The notes under the pieces are model-generated. The model worked only from the letters and a program-made list of their open reading frames with translations. It ran no database searches and was not told the origin of the DNA. Below, piece by piece: positions 49,191 to 57,855 of a stretch of DNA of 64,000 bases (position 1 is its first letter; each line of letters opens with the position of its first letter). The stretch is from a virus. Both the position numbers and the translations under genes were made by a program. Location: positions 1-64,000 of IMG/VR virus record IMGVR_UViG_3300028399_000005, one strand, 5' to 3'.

Positions 49191-49336
49191 TTTACGCCAA
49201 TTTGAAAAGTTGCTAATTAATAAAGGAATTAATTAACAAAACTTGCAGGGAATTCTGCGTGCGGAAAAATATAATCATTAAAAAACGGCGATCGATCGAA
49301 TCAAGGAAAGAAGAAGGCGAAGAAAGGCGGGGTTTG

Positions 49337-49738
49337 TCAAAGGTTGTTATAAACTATCTCGAGCGCTCTTCGGATTGTGAGTGTCTTCGGTGGGCGCTTG
49401 TAAGGGGCGTAGCCGACGTCCCATACGAGCGTCCCTCGAATGCTAACCCGTGCACTCCCCTCGAAGAGGAGCTCGTCGTCTGGACTGTACGCCTTGACAA
49501 CGATGTCGTGCACGGTAACGCTGTATTCCGTGCCAGGCCATGGTCTGCCCTTGTAGCGCTCGACTTCTACAAGGGCGATCTCGAGCCGTACCGAGCCCTT
49601 GTTCGAGTCCACGAAAAGCGTGAGCTCGTCAAGGGCGTCGTAGTCGTCGCGTAATACGAGGGCTACCCCCTCGAAGCCGTTCCCAGCCACGAAGGAGTAG
49701 CCCTTCAACTTAGAGTTATAGGCTAACTTCATTCTCAT
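49337..49738 (-). CDS. beta-rich hypothetical protein (leader cassette 3)
   Basis: ATG after class I promoter and structured leader. Confidence 0.75.
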   Translation of the reverse strand: MRMKLAYNSKLKGYSFVAGNGFEGVALVLRDDYDALDELTLFVDSNKGSVRLEIALVEVERYKGRPWPGTEYSVTVHDIVVKAYSPDDELLFEGSARVSIRGTLVWDVGYAPYKRPPKTLTIRRALEIVYNNL

Positions 49739-49790
49739 AGTATCACCGTCGCCGAGCGAGTCTCCTTCCCCCATAAGGGGGTAACCCGCT
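49739..49790 (-). promoter_or_regulatory. conserved structured 5' leader, copy 3
   Basis: AGCGGGT-TA-CCCCC-TTAT-GGGGG-AAGGAG-ACTCGCT-CGGCGAC. Confidence 0.75.
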
Positions 49791-49894
49791 AATATAATAT
49801 ACGCAACGGTAATATATAAGTTTTGTGGGAATTTGGTTAGAAGATGCGTAAAAAATATGAAAAAAATGTGCAAAAATATGAAGCATAAATCATG

Positions 49895-50251
49895 CTAAGA
49901 ATGATGACGAACGCCTTGTTCGCGAAGGTCGTCGATGACCTCGGCAAGCATCTCTTGAGCCTCGTCGATGGTCGCAAGCATCCCTTCGAGGACGGCGAAC
50001 TCGTCGAGCTCGGGGTTCCCAGAAAAGACGCGAACCCAAGGAACGACGGGCATCATGACGAAATCGTCGTAGCGCAGAACTGCGATGACTTTCTCAGTCG
50101 TCTTGTCCTTGACCGTAGCGGTCTTCGCAGTGCGTTCGTACTCTATAATTACCCTGTCAAATTCCTCAACAGCATCGAGCGCTTGGTATATCCTATCTAT
50201 AACGACATTGCTAATGTCGAACGACGATTCTATATAGATCTGTTTCATCAT
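49895..50251 (-). CDS. acidic hypothetical protein (class I-like promoter)
   Basis: Leaderless start after a degenerate class I promoter. Confidence 0.7.
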   Translation of the reverse strand: MMKQIYIESSFDISNVVIDRIYQALDAVEEFDRVIIEYERTAKTATVKDKTTEKVIAVLRYDDFVMMPVVPWVRVFSGNPELDEFAVLEGMLATIDEAQEMLAEVIDDLREQGVRHHS

Positions 50252-50354
50252 GACTAATAATACCAGCCCAGAATACAAAAACTTTGTGGAATTTAAAACC
50301 AGCTATAAGAGAACACCACAAAATCTAAATATTTCAACTTCGCATAGTATATTG

Positions 50355-50873
50355 ATGAAGACCAGATTACTATCCAAGGGCGGATGGCGTATCCACGTCG
50401 TCGCCATGAAAATACTTGAAGAATTCATGCCACGCACGATCCCTTGCCCCGCGTGCGGACAAGGGGAAGCAACGCTCGACCCAGACTTCTCGGGCGAACG
50501 CCCTACCGTAGCGTACGCCCACGAGGGCCACAAGACCACAACTGACGTTTTCGACGACGGTCTCAAACAAAAATTCGAGACCGCCCGCGAGCTGTTCCGC
50601 GAGCTACGGCTCGCCTCGCTGGCGGACGTGTTCGAGCTCACCGAAAAACAAACCCGAGCACTCGAAAAACTCGTCAAAGAAGAGTTTCTCCGACATGTAG
50701 CCGACGGGGGCTTTCGAGGGTTCTCCGAGAGGAACGGCCCGATCGACCGCCACTATCTCAGAGCGTTGCGCAAGAAAGGGCTCTTGCGCCACGAAAACGG
50801 TAAATACTTGACTAAGGACTGGGTCGCCACGTACGTGGTCGTCTTCGGAGTGGAATCCCCGATCGGGCTCTGA
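50355..50873 (+). CDS. Zn-ribbon plus winged-helix hypothetical protein (class I promoter)
   Basis: CPAC; LRALRKKGLLRHENGKY. Confidence 0.7.
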   Translation: MKTRLLSKGGWRIHVVAMKILEEFMPRTIPCPACGQGEATLDPDFSGERPTVAYAHEGHKTTTDVFDDGLKQKFETARELFRELRLASLADVFELTEKQTRALEKLVKEEFLRHVADGGFRGFSERNGPIDRHYLRALRKKGLLRHENGKYLTKDWVATYVVVFGVESPIGL

Positions 50874-50892
50874 CGCGTCGACAGGCGGTGTA

Positions 50893-51696
50893 CTATTTTT
50901 TTCATATTTTTCGCGTTATTTTTCATATTCTTTTCATTTTTTAATTCCTATCGAGAAGGTCTGAATCTATTAAATTCTAAAGAATCGATGATTATTTTTT
51001 ATTTTTCAATGGGGGGTGCGATAGGCATAATTATGTTCCTCGAGAATCTACGAAGCGCCGAAACTCGGAAAAACAGCAACAAGAGATTTTTTTGACTTTT
51101 TCGCGTTATTTTTCACATTCTTTTCAATTTCTAAAATTGTTTCTTACGCTTTGAACCCTTTAAATTTTGGATTTCCCATGATTATTTTTTATTTTTCAGT
51201 ACCCCCTGCGATAGGCATGCCCCATTGGTGCCCCCTATAATAATATAATATAGGGTACAGGCAGTGGCGGTTTCGGGAATAGTTTGGAATCATATACTTT
51301 AGTATATGATATATAATTAAGAATAAGAATCTGGGTTGATTCTAACCTATCGTATATAGTATTGAAAATAATAAAAAAATAATAAGAAAATAGTAAAAAA
51401 TGAAAAATTAGAAGCCCTTGTAGGCATTTAGAAAACTGAAAATAATGTGAAAAATAACGCGAAATATTGAAAAAAATAAACTTGGAATATAGGGTATGAT
51501 TTTTGCTTTTTTCTTAGTTTTTTAGGGTTTCAGGCTTTGGTATTAGGAATCAAGAATCTATACGCGATCGCGGGGGGTACTGAAAAATAAAAAATAATCG
51601 TCGATTCTTTGGAGTCATGAGTTGAGCGTTGTGTTTATTGCGATTCATGATTCTGAAAAAAATGCGCGAAAAAAGGTAAAAAATTTTAAAAAATCG
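50893..51696. repeat. AT-rich iteron-containing region B (inverted copy of 2795-3625)
   Basis: Same boxes in mirror order, e.g. 51572 GGGGGGTACTGAAAAATAAAAAATAATCGTCGATTCT is the reverse complement of 2885-2920. Confidence 0.85.
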
Positions 51697-51882
51697 TTTG
51701 TGCGGTCGAGGGGCTGTCTTCTCAAAACTCGGGGCTGTAGTCGCGAAAAACAAGAGATTGGCGGGGCGAGTTTTCGGCGACCCGCGATTGATTGTGGGAA
51801 ACACGAACATCTACGGACGCTCCGAAACCTCGTTCTAACAACTCGTAACCGTTTTTTAAGCGGTTTTCGAGAGTAGCACAGA

Positions 51883-52431
51883 ATGATGCTCGATAATGCA
51901 AGACTCGATGAAATGATTAGAAGAGCCCGTGAACGGCGGGAAAAGCGAGAAAAAGCGATACTGCAAGAAATAACGCGCAACGCGAGGACGCCACGGTTCT
52001 TCCCCGTTGCCGAGCGCCACATTGGCGAGGGCCTCAAGCGGGAGTTCTTGAACTCCGCAGAAGCTCGGAAGATGCCTCGCACGCTTATCGACCTCGTGGA
52101 AAACGTTGCCCCCTCGGCGAAGCCGATTTTTTCAAAGTACACGCTCAGCATTCGCCCGCTCCCGAAGTGGATCGGGGAGCGCAACTGGCAGGCGCTGACG
52201 AAGTACTACAAGCAGTGGTGGTTCGAGTGGCGGGACAGAATCTGGCTCTTCCATGCGGGGAGCAGTGCGTTGCAGTTGCGGGACGTCTATCGTCTCGAGG
52301 TCGTGGCGGAGCACGAGAGGCTCCCGATCGGCGGGATTTTGTTGCTCGAGCTCTATCGCATGGGGCGCCCCGCCCGCAAGTACTGCAACAAGAAAGGAAT
52401 CCCGTACTATGATTATTTGACACTTCCGTGA
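51883..52431 (+). CDS. hypothetical protein
   Basis: 182-aa ORF; class II box at 51831. Confidence 0.7.
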   Translation: MMLDNARLDEMIRRARERREKREKAILQEITRNARTPRFFPVAERHIGEGLKREFLNSAEARKMPRTLIDLVENVAPSAKPIFSKYTLSIRPLPKWIGERNWQALTKYYKQWWFEWRDRIWLFHAGSSALQLRDVYRLEVVAEHERLPIGGILLLELYRMGRPARKYCNKKGIPYYDYLTLP

Positions 52432-52523
52432 AAACGGGAAAATAATATGTTTTTTTTAGTCGCTCGTTAGAACGATAATAAACGCTATTATAATTTCTGT
52501 TTAAAAACGCATTTTGGTGAGAA

Positions 52524-53676
52524 ATGGGAATCCGATTCATTCCAAAAAAAGAATGTGATGTGGGTTTAGCTCGAAATGGAGTATTGGACTTCGGTAAAAA
52601 GAAACTTCCTACTCCCTTTCTTTGGTTTGGCTTATCAAATCGAGAATCTGTAGTTTTTCAAAAAACAGTATTTGAAAGTGCGATGATCGAAGGAATCATG
52701 GCAAATGCATACGACCTTATGTTTCAAGATAGGACTGGCTCTCGAACTGAAATGGTCAAAGAATTGTCTCGCTCAGGGCTCGTAGTAAAATGTGATAGCG
52801 GGGGTTACCAAATACTTAAGAGAGGGAAAAAAATCGATCGATCCAAAGTTCTGAGGTTTCAAGAAGATTTGAATTGCGATTTGATGGTTCAACTCGATTA
52901 TCCCATATTAGGTTCTGATCCTCGAGAACTTAAGAAAAAACATATTGATAAAACCCTCAATAATCTGGAATATGCTTTGAAAACAGCTAATCGTCCAGAA
53001 AGAATTGTTCCAACTATTCATGGACACGATTCCGAGTTATTGCGTTATCAAGCAAAAAAAAATTACAGATCTCCTTGGCGAAACCCCGCCTATTATTAGT
53101 GTTGGTTCTTTGGTTCCTCTACTTTTTAATTCAAAAGGAGCAAAAGGGGTTGGAGGTAAAGCAAAAGCTTTGGAAGTTATAAGGATTGTTCGAAAACTTT
53201 TTCCAAAAACAATGATTCATGCTCTCGGTATTGGGGGCGCTCTTACATATCTCGCTATATATTTTGGCGCAGATAGTTTCGATAACAACGGTTGGATACA
53301 AAAAACTGGTTTCGGCGTAATTCAAGTTCCTGGATCATCGGATCGGTTTCTTGGAACCCCGCCGAATGGCAGAAAGAAAATTGATACTGACGAAATAGCC
53401 TATCATAGATGGCTTGAATGTGTGTGCCCAGCTTGTAGGAGTTCTTCTAATAGAAGTGTATTCATTGGACGAGATGAGAGCGCAAGGCTAAATCGAGGAA
53501 TACATAACGCCTATACATTTCAAGCGGAAATTTGGAGAGTAAGGAGATATATCCATGAAGGCCAATATATCAACTTTATAAAAGAGAGAATGAAAAATTC
53601 TATATATTTGCGGATTTTACAAGAGGAATTAAATCGTAACGATCATGAAAAAATATTTAACGATGTGTGGTTTTAG
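52524..53676 (+). pseudogene. tRNA-guanine transglycosylase (TGT/DpdA) family gene split by a frameshift in an A9 run
   Basis: TP, CDSGGYQ, QLDYP in ORF1; HALG, DSFD, CxCxxC...HN in ORF2; removing one A at 53054-53062 joins them. Confidence 0.8.
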
Positions 53677-53801
53677 ACCGAGAAACTGTTCAGTTTATTT
53701 AGATACTATGATCCAAATATGAAGAATTTTTAGCGTTTTTTTAGTAGATCGTTAGAACGAGACCTTACGTTTTTATTGTGTCGCCACGAATAGCCGAAAG
53801 A

Positions 53802-54686
53802 ATGTTTTCGAAACAAGCAGTAGTCCTCGACGTTCACGACGAGATCCGCGAGAAGCTCAAGCGGATCTATCAAGAGTTTTATCCGCCAGTGCTCCTTGAC
53901 GGACAGCCAGGCGCTGGGAAGACGTTCCTCGCCAAGCGAGTGGCGCAAGAACTCGGGTACGACCTTATCGAGGTGAACGCCTCGATGAACACGACGCAAG
54001 CGCAGATCGACCGCCTCAAGGACATCGCCTCGATCCAACGCGACGAGCCGACAGTGCTCTTGCTCGACGAGATCGAGTCCACGTTCACGAGCGAGGAGAT
54101 CGCCGATCTCGTGGACTTCGTTGCGATGAATGGGCGAGCGAACAAGATCATGCTCGTGGCGACGGCGAACAACGCCTGGCGATTGTCGAACGCTATCCGC
54201 GAGAAGTTCTCCGTCATCAAGCTCCGACAGCCCACGTTGCGCGAGGTTCGCTCGGCGCTCAAGAAAGCGCGGGTCAGCCTCGACGGGCAGTTCATCACCC
54301 GCGATTTGCGCCAGCTCGTCCGATCCATAGAGCTTCAGAAAAGGGGCATATTGCCCCGAGAATCGACGGACGCGACGTTCGCCGTATCTTTTTCCACGGT
54401 TTCGGATTTCGTCGCAGGATCGATCGAAAAACGGCAAAATATCATGGACGACGGGAAGCTTTATCGTCTGCGCCCCGCGATCGAGAAGTGGCTTGTTTAC
54501 AACGCCCTCGCCGAGACTATCATGAAGAAGCACACGATCGAGTGGCACGAGACGCTCGAGCTGTTGTCGCTCTACGACGCCCTCGGGCGCAACAAGAACG
54601 TGCTCTTGACGCTCCCTCGCTTCTCGATCGGGTTCGGCGAGCTAAAGCACCCGACGCAACTTTTTAGGCAAGGCAAGAATCAATAG
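53802..54686 (+). CDS. rfcL: RFC large subunit-like AAA+ ATPase
   Basis: LLDGQPGAGKT, LIEVNAS, LLLDEIE, ATAN, DLR. Confidence 0.75.
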   Translation: MFSKQAVVLDVHDEIREKLKRIYQEFYPPVLLDGQPGAGKTFLAKRVAQELGYDLIEVNASMNTTQAQIDRLKDIASIQRDEPTVLLLDEIESTFTSEEIADLVDFVAMNGRANKIMLVATANNAWRLSNAIREKFSVIKLRQPTLREVRSALKKARVSLDGQFITRDLRQLVRSIELQKRGILPRESTDATFAVSFSTVSDFVAGSIEKRQNIMDDGKLYRLRPAIEKWLVYNALAETIMKKHTIEWHETLELLSLYDALGRNKNVLLTLPRFSIGFGELKHPTQLFRQGKNQ

Positions 54687-54827
54687 ACAATGGGGTCGTA
54701 ATTTCGTGATAGCGTTCGATTTCCGCCCGATTCTTCGACGAAAAATATTTTTCCGACCAATTCTTCGTTCGGCGAAGAACTCACAAAGAATCGCAAAAAA
54801 TCGCACAAAAACAAGGAGTGAATAAAA

Positions 54828-56285
54828 ATGACGAAAAATAAGAGCAAACGAAAAAAAGTAGTCAAAAACACGGAGACGCAAAACACTCGCACGTATTCGG
54901 ACGTGCGCCGAATCAACGACGAGGAGATGCGGAAGATCCTCGAGGGCGTCGGGATGACGCCCCGCCACGAGGACGAGTGGTTGCGCGTGGCACGGCGCCA
55001 CGAGATATTGAACGAGGGCGTAGAGCTTTTCATGAGTACTTCGGACATGAGTCCGAAGATCGCCGTTACGGCGACGCTCATGAGCCTCGCCTCGATGACC
55101 CGTCGAGAGCAACGCGTCGTCGTCATGCAAGGGTCGCCACATCTCAACCTCTGGGCGACCGTGATCGGGATCTCGGGATGGGCTCGGAAGACGACCGCCG
55201 AGAAGATCTTGACGAAGCTCGTGAAAGAAGCGGAAGGGGAGTTTCTCCCCGCAAATTTCACGCCAGAAGCCATCATCTCGCACCTCTCGAAGAAGGCGCA
55301 AGGGCTTATCGTGAAAGACGAGATCTCGGGGCTCATAAAGGCGTTCCGCAAAGACCACAACGCGGATCTTCCCGAGGTGCTGAGCGAGATCTACGAGTGC
55401 AAGGATCGCGTCGAGCGCCACACGATCAGCCGAGGGCTCGAAGTCGTCGAGAACGCCTACGTGAACTGGTGGGGCGGGACAGCCGTGCACTACATCCGCC
55501 TGTTGCGGGACGATGACTGGAACCAAGGGTTCATGCATCGTTGGATCTATTGCCTCGACATCGACCTCATGCAGAAGAAAGTGCGCCCGCTGGTTTTCAC
55601 GTCCGCCGAGCTCGACACCCGCATTCAAGACTTTGCGCAGACCTTGAAGAAGGTGCGGGAAGTCCCCGTCGAGACGCTTATCCCCGCCGAGAAGACGAAG
55701 AAGTTCAAGACGCTCGAGCAAGAAAGCTTCGAAAAAGCGAAGCAGTACTATTCTCGGGACATTTTCGACATTGCGCACCCGTACTTTGCCAGGGTGCCGA
55801 TCACGACGCTCAAGATAGCGGGGATCTTGCAAGTAGCAGACCTCGCTGGGAAGGGGAGCACGCTCGAACAGTTCGTCATCACGCCCGAGATCATGGACTT
55901 GGCGAGCGACCTCATGCGCTTGTACTTGCAAGAATTCGAAGCCCTCGTGGCGATCTTCAAGCGGACGGCGATCAGCGCACCGCCGACGACGGATCGGCGC
56001 AACCTCGGGTACTTCATCGAGACGCTCCGAAGCCTTGGGGGCGTTGCGAGGCAACAAGAGCTCCTCACGGCGCTCGGTTTTTCCTATGCGAAGTACCAGA
56101 AGCTCCTCGACACGCTCGTCGAGCGGGGGGACGTGGACGTCGGAAGGGTCGCAATTTCGGATCAGAAAGGAGCACCGCCCCGCCTCATCTGGCTCCGTTC
56201 CTATGCCTCGAACCTCGGCGACGCCGAGCAACTGTGGGTCGAGACGAAGGAGCTCCGAGACAAGGCATTGCGGGTCAAGAGTTGA
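54828..56285 (+). CDS. DUF3987-like AAA+ protein with C-terminal winged helix, putative replicative helicase
   Basis: NLWATVIGISGWARKTT, FTPEA, KDE, GFMHRW. Confidence 0.65.
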   Translation: MTKNKSKRKKVVKNTETQNTRTYSDVRRINDEEMRKILEGVGMTPRHEDEWLRVARRHEILNEGVELFMSTSDMSPKIAVTATLMSLASMTRREQRVVVMQGSPHLNLWATVIGISGWARKTTAEKILTKLVKEAEGEFLPANFTPEAIISHLSKKAQGLIVKDEISGLIKAFRKDHNADLPEVLSEIYECKDRVERHTISRGLEVVENAYVNWWGGTAVHYIRLLRDDDWNQGFMHRWIYCLDIDLMQKKVRPLVFTSAELDTRIQDFAQTLKKVREVPVETLIPAEKTKKFKTLEQESFEKAKQYYSRDIFDIAHPYFARVPITTLKIAGILQVADLAGKGSTLEQFVITPEIMDLASDLMRLYLQEFEALVAIFKRTAISAPPTTDRRNLGYFIETLRSLGGVARQQELLTALGFSYAKYQKLLDTLVERGDVDVGRVAISDQKGAPPRLIWLRSYASNLGDAEQLWVETKELRDKALRVKS

Positions 56286-56338
56286 TTCGTTACAACGCCC
56301 CGCTTTCTTTTTATATTATTGCTAATCGTTTTTCAATC

Positions 56339-57265
56339 ATGGAACACTTGGTTTTTCATGCGGAAGAAAAAGACGGAAACGTCCGTTACCGATCAACGAA
56401 ACGAAACGACGTCGGGTCTCTCCGCACCACGGAAATGCGGAACACAGTCCTCGTTGGCTCGTTCACCCAGACGGCGATTCCGATCGAGTGTCTTGAGCTA
56501 ACGCCTCTTATTTCGGAACGATTGCATTATCACTTGGAATTGTGTAATTGCGAAGAGATGGCGCCAGAATATGGGCCACCTTATATTCTCGAACGAAACT
56601 ACAGCGAGGGCTACGTCAAAGCAATGTGGCGGGACGATTTTTGCGTAAACTGCAAAGCGGTCTTTCATTCGTTGGAAGACATCAAAGACCCGCTCTATGG
56701 TAATCCTTCGTTGCTCTTCGTGATCATCTACTACGATCCCGATTCGAAGAAGACCGAGCTCGTCATCACGCGCCAATATTTCCGTTATTTGGCGTTCGAC
56801 ATCATGCGAAGAAAGAACCTTGCGAGAGACCAGCTAAAAGTCGTCATGGCGACGAGATGGTTCTACGTCAAGAAACCGATCCTCGAACTTGAATTTCTCT
56901 TCGACGGCAACATTGAGAAAGACTTGTTCGACTACGGCGGAGACGATATGTTCGATGACCTCACAAAGAAGAAGTTCGAGGAAAGCACGTTTTCCTACGT
57001 GCGCTACGTCGGAAAGCGACCGATGGGGCAAACCGAGACGTTGGAACTGTCATTCCAAGAGTTATTAGACGAAATAAAAAAGTGCGACCTTGGAACGATG
57101 TTTTATCACAGGGAGTTTTTCTTGCATTACGGCGGGCAAAAAATCCCCGCAAGGAAAACATTTGCATACGTCCCCGTTTCTGCGTACTTGAACGCAAAAG
57201 AGCTCGAAGCGGGCTATCGCTTTACGAAAAGACCGCGTAGAGCAGTTTTGTCTGTCGTCCCTTGA
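56339..57265 (+). CDS. hypothetical protein
   Basis: True start at ATG 56339 after class II box 56288 and TATA. Confidence 0.7.
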   Translation: MEHLVFHAEEKDGNVRYRSTKRNDVGSLRTTEMRNTVLVGSFTQTAIPIECLELTPLISERLHYHLELCNCEEMAPEYGPPYILERNYSEGYVKAMWRDDFCVNCKAVFHSLEDIKDPLYGNPSLLFVIIYYDPDSKKTELVITRQYFRYLAFDIMRRKNLARDQLKVVMATRWFYVKKPILELEFLFDGNIEKDLFDYGGDDMFDDLTKKKFEESTFSYVRYVGKRPMGQTETLELSFQELLDEIKKCDLGTMFYHREFFLHYGGQKIPARKTFAYVPVSAYLNAKELEAGYRFTKRPRRAVLSVVP

Positions 57266-57325
57266 CTCCCTTGATGGTTAAAGTGAGTAAAAAGTCGGTT
57301 TAGTAAAAGCAAATAATTAAAAAAG

Positions 57326-57450
57326 TGGCGGTGCTCGCGAGCCTCGCACTCGCTCTCCTTTTCGGGCAGAGCCACCTTCTGCCCTATCCGCTTCCCCCGC
57401 GTGGTGGCTTGGGCGGGTTTCACGGAAAGGAGCGGGCTATTCCCAGCACC
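57326..57450 (-). ncRNA. tRNA-like RNA (125 nt) with CCA end and a kissing-loop domain in place of the anticodon arm
   Basis: GGTGCT/AGCACC acceptor, G discriminator, CCA, then T-run; T arm GCGAG-TGCGAGG-CTCGC; inner stems pair cleanly. Confidence 0.7.
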
Positions 57451-57589
57451 ATGTTTATGTATTATCCCCCTCTATTATATGTTTTTCGGTATTTAAAAAT
57501 TTTATGCTCCATTTGTCTCATTATAACGCTGAGCAATCATTTAATATGGCGGTACCGAGGCAAGAGACAAACGATTCGAGGTTCTGTGA

Positions 57590-57754
57590 ATGAAAACAAC
57601 AGTCATAAAAGAAATCCCAGACCCTTGCCCGATTACGGGAATAAACTGCTTTACGAAGAGAATTGCAAGCTCAGCGGACATATACATCGACAGGGGCTGT
57701 CCAGTTCTGGCTGACGACAAAAACTGTGATTACGTCATCCGAGAAGACAAATAG
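57590..57754 (+). CDS. 54-aa Cys-containing peptide
   Basis: Manual translation MKTTVIKEIPDPCPITGINC...; class II-like box at 57520. Confidence 0.45.
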   Translation: MKTTVIKEIPDPCPITGINCFTKRIASSADIYIDRGCPVLADDKNCDYVIREDK

Positions 57755-57855
57755 TTCCCCATAGTGTTTTCCTTTTTGTTATAACAAAAACCGTTTCTCG
57801 TTATAACGGGAAATAATCATTTAATAACTCGTATTCAACATTTGGATTGATCCAC

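Noticed and set aside
47825-50300. CRISPR array next to the type IV-B operon
   Set aside because: The repeats are 670-780 bp apart and separated by whole ORFs; no 30-40-nt repeat-spacer periodicity was seen anywhere in the window
54642-56231. 529-aa minus-strand ORF
   Set aside because: Antisense shadow of the helicase-like gene
55541-56338. N-terminal extension of the 574-aa ORF
   Set aside because: Overlaps the helicase-like gene out of frame; promoter and ATG support a start at 56339
57325-57714. 129-aa plus-strand ORF over the tRNA-like element
   Set aside because: Atypical composition and it crosses promoter sequence; the region is better explained by the minus-strand RNA and a 54-aa ORF
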